From Hydrurus foetidus (taxonomy: Eukaryota), in the NCBI GenBank assembly GCA_900617105.1, contig UYFQ01000841.1, forward strand, positions 1 to 55,846: DNA of 55,846 nt, in the 5' to 3' direction. The position numbers were made by a program, and so were the translations under genes. Within the stretch, counting starts at the first letter, position 1. The number at the start of each line of letters is the position of its first letter. Shown here in pieces: positions 23,929 to 35,803 of the stretch. Under the pieces are notes generated by a model. That model did no database searches. It worked only from the letters and a program-made list of their open reading frames with translations, and had not been told where the DNA came from.

Positions 23929-24251
23929 CCTATAGGGGCTCAAAAAGTTGACATTCGTGAAAGCAAGTCTTTGAGCGAACCGTTTTTCTCGTTTGATAGC
24001 TCAAAAGAACGGAAATTTTGTGGTAAATAGGGCGGCGACCGTGCATAAGCTCTAAAATTTGAATTTTCAAAAATATTGCCTAAAATCTCTTTATGCATTT
24101 TCTAAAGTGCCTCATTACTTCGCTAAAATTGGCTTCGAAGCTAATGCATTGTCGCCACGGTGTACCTACTGTGCTGACGAAGATTTTGATCTATTCAGCT
24201 CCTTCTAAATCCAGCTGGAAGATATGTTTGGTCGTGTAGAAGATAGCGATC

Positions 24252-24800
24252 GTGACAAGAGGAGCTTCTCAGTCCGTAAGGATGGACCAGTCAAAGAATG
24301 TGCAGGAAAAGTTGATCGTGGCTGGCGCCAGCCATAAGATATTGAGAGATGAATTAAACGCGCACCATGTTCTTAGCTCCTGCCCTGATTTTAAGTTTGA
24401 AAGGACGGCACTTCAAAATGTTGTTGAAAAACGAGGACACATTCTGCTCCCATCAGTGGTATGCACTCCAGAGACTGCTGGAGGCGGCATTGAATACGCT
24501 TGGGGCAAGCTAAAGTTTGAGCAGAGGAGAAGGAATGACACGGCCGTGAAATTGGAGTCTGGCGCTAAATTTGCTGATCGAGTTAAAGCATTGTGTGCTG
24601 ACAAGGAGATTTTACCTTTGATTCGTGTATGGAAATTCCAGCGGCGTGCAAGAGACTATACGAGGCTCTACCTTGCTATCGGGCAGAGACAGGGGAAATC
24701 AGCTCCATCACATCTTGACATTGAAAAGATGAGGCAGAAGCAGAGAACACATCGAAATATAATGGAGGTCGACAGAGAGTTTGTCCGATCCGTCATCTAG
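24252..24800 (+). pseudogene. C-terminal fragment of a large-insert IS630/Tc1/mariner-class transposase
   Basis: DFKFERTALQ..RGHILLPSVVCTPETAGGGIEYAWGKLK is nearly identical to the C-terminus of the 37063-38676 ORF. Confidence 0.88.
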
Positions 24801-25865
24801 AAATCTGTTATTACGATATTTGTCGTTTTTCAGTGTAATTAATCAAAAACGTTTTTGCCGTCTCTTGACGTCACCAGCCCGTATAGTATATGTATGGATG
24901 ATAATTATCGAGAATCAAATATCACTGAATTCGAATCAAATAATAATTATTCCGTTCAAAATAAATTCCGTTTATTTCTGGGGCAAATAGTAGTCAGTCG
25001 CACCAAAATACCGTTGCATTCCGACTCAAATATTTGTGAAATCAACCAATTTTCGGATTGAAATTCAAGATTATTTCAAGCCACTTTTTTAACGGACACT
25101 TCGTTTCGAAAGTATTGATCATTGATCACAGTCACTCAACTCTCAACTCAACTCCACTTCGCTCTGCATAATATCATCGATGACACAATTCTGTGTCACT
25201 GATGACATAATTCAACGAATTATGGTAGCATCAACTGGGATGAGTAGAATGTCTCCTGCTGCTGCGAGACAACTGTTAAAGTTGGCTCAAAGGAAGTCGC
25301 GCTGTGAGGAATTCTCACAGCGATATTGCGACGCCGTGGAATGCTATCCAGTCTGAAGACGAGATGAGACTGTCGAGGCTTGGATACAAACAGGTTTCGC
25401 TAGTGAAGAATTGATCCTCATATCATTGAGCTGAACTCAATTCCCCTCTCAATATATCCTGTCTCACCATATCCTGCCACCGCTTATTTTCGATGCTACT
25501 TTTACAAGAGGCGAAAAGGATCTTCGGTCAAATTTTGGATTGGCTGCGAGTATGATCAGCGTACTTCTCGGCGTAACTTCGCTTTACACCCGCTCGCTCT
25601 GGCGGTAAGCTTCAATTAATTCCGCCATTCATTTTCCAAGTAGCGTGCCATTAAATGCGCTTCCGAATTTCTCCTAGGTCCAGCAGTCATGCTGTGGTCG
25701 TGGGTTGTGATAATCTTGGTATCAAGTCTCGCTGATGCCACCCCCTTCGAGTCATCATCATATGTGATTCTCATCGGATCGTTGACTGGAGCATCAACTT
25801 TCACAGGTATCAATAATGAAAAATCTATTTCTATTAAACACAACGTATCCGCATCAAACCAAATC

Positions 25866-26571
25866 ATTGCTCGTGTATAGGGATAACGCTGCTCAATTTT
25901 GTTTCACATGTCCACACTCACTGCATGCAACACACTGTATAATTCAATTCAATTCACATCACATCACATCACATCACATCACATCACATCACATCACATC
26001 ATCATCACATCACATCACATCACATCACATCACATCACATCACATCACATCACATCACATCACATCACTGCTTGTGTATAGGGATAACGCTGCTCAATTT
26101 TGTTTCACATGTCCACACTCACTGCATGCAACACACTGTATAATTTTATTAAATATGAATCTTTTCTTTCTTTCTATTTTTGATTACCAACATCATCATC
26201 ATTACTACATAGATAGCATTATACATTGCTTGACATATGCTTTCATTCACTTTATCAAACAGGTTGTACAACACGGAGAGGAGAGCATCGGTCAAGTTGT
26301 CATCAGTAGCATGCTGCATGTAGTAACTACTACCCTGGAGATGTAAGTGAATACTTTATTTACTAGTTACTCTTACTATCTCTCACATCACATCACATCA
26401 CATCACTGCTTGTGTATAGGGATAACGCTGCTCAATTTTGTTTCACATGTCCACACTCACTGCATGCAACACACTGTATAATTCAATTCAATTCACATCA
26501 CATCACATCACATCACTGCTTGTGTATAGGGATAACGCTGCTAAATTTTGTTTCACATGTCCACACTCACT
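25866..26571 (+). repeat. Four copies of a ~50-75 bp unit (GTGTATAGGGATAACGCTGCT...) interspersed with (CACAT)n microsatellite
   Basis: Copies at ~25873, 26074, 26412 and 26522. Longest CACAT run ~25955-26067. Confidence 0.9.
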
Positions 26572-28454
26572 CATAAACCACCATCGAGTGTTAAAGGCGA
26601 TCACCTTCATTGCTGTAAGAATCTAGATGATTCGATGAAGAAAAAAAATGGCGCACATGCTACATTCATGAGAGGTCTGAGTGACTGTTTCTTTATGGTT
26701 TCCAAGGAAGATGTAGAGTGTGTAGAGAATACATTACGCTCGCAGGGTATGGACGAAAGCAAAATAGCTCTTCAAAAGAAGCTGTTCTGGAAAAAAAAGT
26801 TCCTAAGTCATTGTAGAAGGACAACTGGTCACGACAGAGTGTGTCAGCTATCGCGCTTCGATAAATTTATTGAAACGTTCATGTCGGTAAAAGATGCTAA
26901 AACAAAAGAGCTTTTGGTAACACCTCGTACTAAGTCGAAGATTGATTCTACCCGATTGGCGATTGCATCTGGATATTACATTGATATGTAATATCAATCC
27001 TCCTGGTATTAATATGTTCCGAGAGTTAGGACGAGATCAGCTTGGGAGAATGAAATATGCATGTTATCATGGAACCAATGCTTTGGAGGTAATATTTGAA
27101 TTTTACTTACTTTGATGTATTTTTCAAATCTAAAACATTGATCTCTTAAATAAAACAAAGGGGTATCATAGGCATAATCAACTCAATGACAGCAGGATTT
27201 CAATGGGAAAAAGCCATGTTTGTTTTCCGTGCTACATATGATTACAAAGGTAAATACGAAACTGATTGATAACATGACATGAAAAAGATAATAAATGATG
27301 AAAAAAAATATGAATGCAACAAATCATAAATGAAAATAGTAAATTTTAATATTTCAGATACAGGGGAAAGATTCGGAATTATTCCTTCCGACGAAAACAG
27401 AGATGTAAATTATGAGGAAGATTTTGATTTGATTCTATTAGGAGAAAACGGATTCACAGCAGAGATTTCTGATGATGAGGACTCGGAATCCGACATTCAG
27501 TCGTCAAAGCAGATTTTAAATGGAAAAGGCGACGCAGCATGATGGTTAGCTAGGATGGAGGGTACAAGAACGATGGCGAAAAAGATTGCTGGCGAACATG
27601 AAATAACAAAATTCTGGGAAGAATACAAGAAGTATCAGTCGATAGGTGAACATGGAATACGAGATTGGAGTTCGATAGCTACAGCTTGGAACTTGTTCGT
27701 GTGTGAGAGAGAGAAAAAGAAGGAGAATGATGTCGTAAAGTACTATCGAAAGCAAAGCCACATGCTCGAATCATTCTTTGATTCAGGTGGGAAAAGCAAT
27801 AATATAAAAGCAACATTGCAACCAAATGTAAAAAGTATAGGCAATTTGATGAGAGAACATAGGACTCCGGTTGTCGGACCCAGTACTTCTTTGGACGCAC
27901 CTGGTCCAAAGGCTACCCACGGTCCAAATTCGGACACCGTTCAAATCAACGATTTTAGTCAGATGGTACCGTTAGTTCCACTTCATATGAGCTATGCAAC
28001 CATACTCTTGAACCAAAAAAGTGGTCCCCTTGTATACCCCGGGCAGCTAGAACAGACACCTGCTAAAAATGAAAAGAAAAGGCCATTGGATCGTGCTCTT
28101 CAATTATGCATTACATGTGGTCACTTCCGTCAACACAACAGAATTCACAATGGAAAACACATCGCTAAGTGTCCTGTTCAAGAAGACGCGTATAGCACTG
28201 ATAGATCGATAAAAGGTTGGTGCTCCTGTCCAGAATGCAAGGAAGGAGCAGAAAAAGTCGGCTATTCGAAACCTGATATTATGATTAAGAATGCTAGATC
28301 ACTAAAAACTTGCAAGAAATGTGGACACTATAAAGATTACGGATACTTTTCTGACAACCACTCTAATACAGAATGTAGTGTACTTGAAGAAAATTATGCA
28401 ATGGATAAGTATAAGGGTTATTGCAAATGTGAAAAATGTATCTCAACGGCATAA
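26530..28454 (+). pseudogene. KDZ (Kyakuja-Dileera-Zisupton)-like transposase relic with two C-terminal Cys/His modules
   Basis: VKGDHLH..NGAHATFMRGLSDCFF..DAKTKELL..NPPGINMF..GRD..YACYHGTNALE|GYH (across an intron) matches my recollection of the RG(T/S)xxLExxH family. Stops at 26989 and 27540. Confidence 0.5.
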
Positions 28455-29631
28455 TTAAGAGGAAAAGAAAAACCTCCGAAGCTAAGAAAACTGTACCAGG
28501 ATACTTAATTATTTCGTAACTCATTAAACTGTCAAGATCCGAGTAAATCCGAATTTTTTTTCATATTTTTCAATCTATGATAAAAATTTTAATTTCAATC
28601 TTTTCTTTACCATTCTATTCTATTCTGTTTTAAAAGTAAACCAGCGAAAATAGTGTGTAGAACAACACCGTGTGCGCTGCCGCGCACACTATATTGGCGC
28701 TTCGCGCCAATAATTAATTCTTTTAGGGGGCCCCAGATGTGTACGATGAGCCGGTTTATCCCCCAATTGACGACTCTTCGCTGTAACCGGTCCCAGGTAG
28801 AAGTATTTTCGCCTCCATGGAAGAAAGTTCTTTTTTCTGAAAACGTAAGTTGTACTAGGTAAAATCACACAAAAGTACAGAAAAACACCGTATAAAACGT
28901 ATTTTGATGTTCTTGCTGTAACCGGTCCCAATTGAATCTCTGTAACCGGTCCCCAATATGAGTAGGCGGTCCCCTGTGTTTGTACTCATCGAACTGTTCC
29001 ATGGCACATCATTCATTCGATAAATCATACAAAATGGTACCAAAAACAGCCACTGGTCATAATAATACGATTATTATTATATGTTTTACACTTATTTCCA
29101 TTAACTCTTACCTACACACATAAACTCGATGTATAATGACTTTATAAAGTTAATAACTTTTGTAATACATCGAGTTCATCGACCCCACTTCATAACCATG
29201 ATCATAATACATATATATAGCAGTTTCATATCTTGTTTGATAGTTGTTTAACATTTGGCTGTACCATAACGGTGTTTTAGACGGATATTGAGACCTTCTT
29301 TCTGTATTCGATCCCCGACCACATCAATAGGTCCTAAAAGTCTAAGAAACCGTTTTTCGCAACGAATATCACGAGTGCAATACTTTAAAGTACCATTACA
29401 CGCATCATTATGATGAGATCTACTCAAAAATGCTATTTACATGTAAACGGTCCCATGCTTTCTGTAAACGGTCCCATGCTTTCAAGTAGGACTCAAATTC
29501 CATGTCAGGTTCAAGTTTCGTGTCAAGAAAAACTTGAAAGTTACCATGAAAGCTACACTTTTGCAACGACTGTTTTGCAACAGACTCATTCATCTCTACA
29601 CAGAATCTGGTCAGATTTTTTGAGACTGTCA

Positions 29632-31812
29632 ATGGTGAAACTGAGGTCGTCGCCCGCGGCTCCGCTTTCACCAGCTGAAAAATTGGAGAAAGCATGCGCT
29701 CTATCGATCAGACTCGGCGGAAAGGTGAACAAGGCTGCCACAATGTGCAATATTGATCGCAGAACACTGCAGAGGTTGGTCAGAACTGATTTTACAGATC
29801 ATATAAAGTAATCATGCAACTGTGTCTCATTTGCAAACGTACTCCTTGAAGATACATAGAAGAGAAGGCCAACGGCAAAAGGGTGCCGAAGAAACGCGGT
29901 CCCAAACGTCTGATAAGTGACGATGTGATCAAGAATGCAACGCTGGCGGCTGAAGTTAATGATGCATCGAAGGACTCCGCAACCAGCACAGCAACAATCT
30001 TGGCTAGTATTGACACGTTTAGGAGAAATGAGCAGTCAAATCCCTTGGCATCACCCAAGACTGTCAGTAAAAGCACAAGCATGAGAGCCGTCAACAGGAT
30101 CGCACCAGTCCAAGCGAAAAGCGGGGGAGTGCAGAACACTAGCGGGCAGAAGGCGCTGCTTGACCCACGGAACGCCATTTCATGTGCTGCTACTTGGACA
30201 GCAGTGACCATGGGAGTAGTTGACCCGAGACAGATCCACTCTTGGGACGAGCTAAGTATTGAGCTCAATGGTTTTGGCAAAAAGTCGCTTTTGAGACTCA
30301 GTGCTGTCGGGGCGAAGCTGCTGAAGAAAAGAAACTTAACTCCAGCAACGACAAGAAATCAAGGTCAAAGAAGGACACTCAAGATTGGCCTCAGTAAGTT
30401 CTATTTAAGATTTATGTTGACAAATAATCACAATAAATATTGACAAGTTCTCATTTATTCAGACACCAATGCTGAGGGAGAAATTGAGTGTGCCATAGCA
30501 ATGATCAAGGACGACAACTTTGTCGAATTAAAAAGCTACAAGGTAATCAGTGTAAATGAGCTTGTGATTGTGATCTCCAACATGACCAACAGAAATATCA
30601 ATAACATTTGTTTTGATGCAACAGATAGAGGACGGACTGTACTGCTTCCTCATACCACCAAACTATGATGGCACACTACTCATGAAGGAAATGTGGACGA
30701 GAGCAGTCCTTCCCGAAACGATCGCCCGCAGAGCTAGAATGTACGAAGAAATTAGGAGGTCGGCTTCCTTCCAAGAAATGTCGCTACCTATGAGGGAGGA
30801 AGAGATATCAGCACAAATTGCAAAGCTAATCGAGGAGTGTTCTAAATGGATTCTCACTGTAGATGGATGTTGGCAGCAGATAGAATCGTTCTTCAGGCAT
30901 TTGAACAGAAAGTTGATTGATGAGAATTGCGAGGCGTACAAATTTGCAGCAGCATCAACAATGTGCCAGCAACCCAATGACGTTGGCAGGATGCACTGCA
31001 ATATGCACGGCTACTACAAGTCGGCTAAGTACCTGACTCAAACTTCCTTCCATGTTCCATTCGCCATGCAGCCTCTGAGAAAAATGCTGCTTGAGTGCGG
31101 TCTTGACAAGGCAAGCTTCACAACCTACTGGACTGCCATCTGCCAGCTTCCTGACTGCCTTGCAAAGTCATGTCAACCATCAACAGTCAGAGATGGATTC
31201 AGAAAGTCAGGCATTTGGCCAGTAGACGTCAGTATAATCATGTCAGGATGGGCAGGGTGGAGTAAAGTGCCCTTATCAACAGCTAAAATTGTCATAGAGA
31301 GAATACCTGATTTGGCACTACTCGCAAGGAAGGGACGTCTTTACGATGCAGAGATCGAGAGACCCTTCGCCGATTTGCTCACCTTCGACCCGAATCAGAG
31401 GAAATCTGATACATGTGCAATAAATCACGGAAGATGTATCTGGATTAATAATCCGATTGTCATGGAAAGCTATAGAGAAAAGCAGCTCGCACATGAGTTG
31501 GAGGAAATTGAGAAAGACAATGAGTACATGCACCGGCAATTCCGAGCGGAATATCCTGTCGAAGCTGCTGCTGATGATGCCATTGAAAGAGAAAGGCTAT
31601 TACCTGCTGTAATGGATGGGATCGCTGAAGTCGTGATCCCGTTGCCGCGAAAATTGATTAGCTGCGGCAACGCAAGCTGTCCAATAACCGCTACAGCTCT
31701 AGTCCGCAAATCCTGGTCCGGTTGTCGGAAGAAGAGGTGTCGGATACTCTTCTGCAACAAGGTGGCTTGCGCAGCGATATCGGCGCAGCACCAGGCAATC
31801 TGCATGAAGTAA
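29632..31812 (+). CDS. pogo-like DDE_1 transposase, 4 exons (29632-29774, 29852-30393, 30463-30542, 30625-31812)
   Basis: psq-type HTH (VNKAATMCNIDRRTLQR|YI), triad SWDE / LTVDG / QQPNDVG (D38D), C-terminal Cys/His cluster. GT-AG introns keep the frame. Confidence 0.82.
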
Positions 31813-32628
31813 CTCGTCGCCATTAGTATCGCTGTATACATATATCATTTGATCACCCTTCGTTCTATAGTCAGATGCGTTGACACCTAACATTCGCTCA
31901 TCCAAGAATTCACTGCACTGCATACCACTCATTTTCTGCTACGTCATCTACAAAAACATCTACGAAAGCCGCTCATCTCAACAAATATGTCATTGCTCGT
32001 ACCGTATCTCATCCGACACATCGCAATTAAACTAATGCTATCGTTGGCATCCACTGCATCAGTTCAGTTCCTGCAAAATATTCGAGTCACTGATGTTAGA
32101 GTGAAGTATGATAAATTCTAGATCTGAAAGTAGATCGCAGCCGATGCGGTTGGTACGGCAGTGCTCTACCTGACGTTTGGATTTGCCATCACTTCATCGG
32201 CAATAAATTCTTGAGTTTTGAGGAGACAAAGAGCGCCGTTGGGCTACGCTGCACAAAATTCCTCTGCGGACGACATCTCAACTTGAGTGTGCGGAAGATA
32301 TCAATTTCATTTCGCGTATCAGTTGTATTTGCTGAGGTTGCTGTGCTGAATATCGAAGTGCAGCAGTACTTTTTGGGAAATTAATTGACACGAAACTTGA
32401 ACCTGACATGGAATTTGAGTCCTACTAGAGTGTTTGCGATTTTCGATATTTCGGAGAAACGAGTTCTAAAGTCGACTTCTCAAACTCGATTTCTCGCCAT
32501 CTCTGAGCTGTTGTGCGATATCGGTGGAGAATTTGGTATTTTCACATCGAAAGTGTCGTCCGCTAGTCATCTCGTCAACTTCACATCGTCATGTAATTAG
32601 CGCTGCAAAAGCATCACACATTAACAGA

Positions 32629-33990
32629 ATGTCTGTCAGGCAGTTCACCTGGACTTGGGCCAAATTGTCTGTAGTAGTAGCGCATCTGGCCGATCAATCT
32701 CGCTTCAACAACGCGTTTTCTGGTCAGGATAAGGAAGATGCTTATGTTCGTGATACAGATTATTACAATGGTCACCCAGTGTTTGCGACCATGGAAGTCA
32801 ACCGTCGTCATCTACATGGAAAGGATGGTATCTATTGTCGAATTTACGGTCAAGCAGACACGCTTAGGGCGCAACTCATGCAGCATGGCAGGGAATCGTC
32901 TCTCAGCCAAATGAGCCACAAAAGCTTCGGTATATCATCTGTCACGATGATGCGAGATGGCCCTGCACTCTTCGATAGCAACAAAGAAGCAGTGTTCGAT
33001 TTCCTTATCTCTATAGCTAATATGCAGCATGAGACAACCAGTAACCCGGCTCGTATGACACGCTTTGAGAGAGTGAATCACGATAAAGAAGGTTGGTTCA
33101 TTGTATACCGATATTGAAGTTACTCTCCACATTTATCTGAGTAACGACTTCACTGATCTGTAGAGGAGATGCTGAGAAAGAAAAATGCCAAGGAGGCAAC
33201 AGTGATTAAGAAATTAGACAAAGAGAAAAAAGCAACTGCGAAATGTGAATTGGGATATGATGTTATCAATGCAAGTGATGAAGGGGTGAAGAGGAAGAGG
33301 TCTTCAAACGGAAGCGGCAGCGATAATGAAGAAGAGTGTGATGGAGACTCTGAAATCAACCGTGAAAGCTCGGCTGCATACCGAAAAGAAAACAAGGTAC
33401 CTGTCCAGCACCACCCTGTTTCTAATTATAGAAAGCGAGTGAGAGCGAGTCCACCAAAACGAGGTCACATTATGTCTCCAAGAGAAGTTAGGGAAAAATA
33501 TCCCGATATTGACCTCTGTGATAAATCTGATGATGATAGCTATGGAGATTTCTCTCACCGTATCGTTGTAGATGGGGTAAGCAATCTCACTCTCAGTACC
33601 TCACAATATTTTAATAGTTATCATTTGATATTTAATATTTAATAATCAGGAACCAGGTCAGACCCCAAAGGGACAAAGCTCGGGTAGTTGTAAAGGGCAG
33701 TCAAGTGCTAGCAGTAAATCTGGGAGCAGCAGTCTCTCATCCATGTTTGCAGATGTCAGTGGTTCCTTCAAAGAGGCTGTCAATAAACTGACACAAGGAA
33801 CCCCTCAACACACTCCACAGCCTTCAAATATGACCAGTACGTCTTCGACGAAGAATTCTCTTCGAGTTTTAGCGCATCGCAGAGGTATAAGTTCAAGCGC
33901 GATCTGGATAGGCAGAACTTAGCTGAGTTGTTTCTGAAGTTGGACAGCGAGGAGAAACATTTCTGCATCTTGGAGACTCTTGGTGAATAA
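32629..33990 (+). CDS. Second (putative DNA-binding) gene of Harbinger element 2, ~3 exons, probable frameshift near 33815
   Basis: Convergent with the transposase, as expected for a Harbinger ORF2. MSVRQFTWTW start, acidic/basic middle, C-terminus LAELFLKLDSEEK. Plausible introns ~33092-33163 and ~33577-33649. Confidence 0.5.
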
Positions 33991-34178
33991 ATGCTCATCT
34001 CATATACTCCTTCTTGAATCATCATGATATCATTTGCAAAGCGCATCTCCCCCCACCATCACCGACATTTTTACTCCCGACCTGAAGATACATAATACGT
34101 AAATACCGCATGCTTAGCACACACATTGTATGTTCATGTCGCATACTGCGTCATCCATATTGTGTACATGCAACGGTA

Positions 34179-34337
34179 ACATCACATGATTTCCTTTGCG
34201 ATAGAGTTCATAACTTACCTCACTCTCACAGACATCACATGATTTCCTTTGCGATAGAGTTCATAACTTACCTCACTCTCACAGACATCACATGATTTCC
34301 TTTGCGATAGAGTTCATAACTTACCTCACTCTCACAG
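34179..34337. repeat. 53-bp tandem repeat, 3 copies
   Basis: ACATCACATGATTTCCTTTGCGATAGAGTTCATAACTTACCTCACTCTCACAG repeated three times. Confidence 0.95.
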
Positions 34338-34480
34338 TGCAATCACTACAACCCTTGCCGTTACTTCCGCTCGATCACTAACATTTCTTTCATTTTAGAT
34401 AAACAAATAATTAATCTCATTTCAATTCGATATTTGCAGCTATTTTATGAGGACGACAATTACATCATGATATTATAAAG

Positions 34481-35803
34481 TTAATTATGTATTTGCTCCT
34501 CTTGAGCATAGTATTCGTCTATAGATGGAGGTAAGATATCAAAGTATCGTGTGTGCTGACAGCCATACATGCATGTGTGTGAATTAGCTAACAAGATGGC
34601 AACATGGTAGTATTTACTAACAGGTGAAGATTGAATTTTCATACCCTTTCCAAACGAAACAAATTTGTTACGTTCAATTACTTTTCCAAAACTCCATTCG
34701 ACACCTACACGTATATCCGACATCAGTCTATTAAGTTCAATTTGCCATTGTGTTAGACCCGCTGGGTTGTTGCGTACACTGTACGCAGCTGTTACCAAGG
34801 CATTGTTCTGGTAGATTTTATCAGCGTAGAGTTTGTATCGATGTCGTCCCTCTGCGACCCGCTCCGCCATAATACGTTCCAGCTCGTGTCTCATCGCGCT
34901 ATCCCTCCAAACCATGGTATCAGGTTGATAACCAGGAAATGCCCCTTCTATGACGAGCAGTCCATCAGGAAATGATACGCCCTGGAAAATCAGATAGTGG
35001 CCGTGCAAGTATCCATTATAAAAGGGATTCTGGGCGCCATTAGAAGGACGAGCGATTTCAAGACCAGTGCCATCTAGAAATGCAAAAACATTCGAAACTT
35101 CGATTGGCACATTACCGACATTCGGATTTTTCGGGCACTTCATTATCTTCCTTATGATGGCTTCATGATACATATCGAACCTGTCACTGTACCACTCCAA
35201 ATTACCATGCACTTTGTGTTTGTGGTTTGTGTGCATGAAGTTAATCGCGTATTTGAATATGCGAGACAGTTGAGTGTACTCCCTACCGAAAATGTCCTGC
35301 AGAGTGAATAATCGGCTTGGGTATGCAAGACGATATAGCATCAGCATAAAGGCATACTCCCCAGGACAAGAAATACCATTCAGACATTTGACATTTGCTG
35401 GAAAACCGCTCAACTCGAACAGAATAGTCAGCTCGCGTCTTCTGAATCTCAAATAGTGCCAACACTCCTCATCAGTGAAAGAATCGAACATTCGGTTCTT
35501 GTTGGCTCGATTGACTTTTGTTACTTCACTACTCTCGACGCACAAGACACTTAGAACAACGAAAGACAGCATCATCGTGAAGAGTAAGACTAAATTGCGC
35601 AGTGGCGCGAGGGGTATATAATCAGTGAATCGAATGATAAAGTTGATGAACTTTATCAGGAGGTCCAGTTCATACATTTCCGCAGCTGACAGCCCATGAT
35701 ATCTCTTCCGATATGGCATGTTCCTTATCGTTTCTCGCAGCTCGATTTCCATCTTTGAACGTCCCTCAAGTATCCGTGTCAATTTCTCCCAAAGGACCCA
35801 CAT
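34481..35803 (-). CDS. Harbinger DDE transposase, intronless
   Basis: LYRLAYPSRL, FLDGTG, YNGYLHGH, YADKIY, RVGVEWSFG. Clearly homologous to the 16565-17962 transposase. Confidence 0.93.
   Translation of the reverse strand: MWVLWEKLTRILEGRSKMEIELRETIRNMPYRKRYHGLSAAEMYELDLLIKFINFIIRFTDYIPLAPLRNLVLLFTMMLSFVVLSVLCVESSEVTKVNRANKNRMFDSFTDEECWHYLRFRRRELTILFELSGFPANVKCLNGISCPGEYAFMLMLYRLAYPSRLFTLQDIFGREYTQLSRIFKYAINFMHTNHKHKVHGNLEWYSDRFDMYHEAIIRKIMKCPKNPNVGNVPIEVSNVFAFLDGTGLEIARPSNGAQNPFYNGYLHGHYLIFQGVSFPDGLLVIEGAFPGYQPDTMVWRDSAMRHELERIMAERVAEGRHRYKLYADKIYQNNALVTAAYSVRNNPAGLTQWQIELNRLMSDIRVGVEWSFGKVIERNKFVSFGKGMKIQSSPVSKYYHVAILLANSHTCMYGCQHTRYFDILPPSIDEYYAQEEQIHN

Larger units (their letters stand above)
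14381..24881 (+). mobile_element. Non-autonomous TA-flanked DNA transposon (deletion relative of 36190-40480), interrupted by Copia
   Basis: TIRs CAGGCTGGTGACG(C)C and reverse complement CGGGCTGGTGACG(T)C. TA at 14379-80 and 24882-83. Holds a transposase C-terminal fragment at 24252-24800. Confidence 0.8.
14342..25070 (+). mobile_element. Older Copia-type LTR remnant (14342-14380 joined to 24884-~25070) split by the nested insertions
   Basis: Purine tract GGGAGGG followed by TGTTGGAGTA (compare TGTTGGAGTT of the intact Copia). Putative end GAAATTCAAGA resembles GAAATTCGCAACA. Confidence 0.4.

Noticed and set aside
13975..25440. Weak inverted similarity between ~13975-14150 and ~25115-25390
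   Set aside because: Driven largely by GAGTT/AACTC simple repeats. I could not define ends or a shared protein.
25873..26571. CRISPR-like spaced repeats
   Set aside because: The spacers are microsatellite, there are no cas genes, and the context is eukaryotic.
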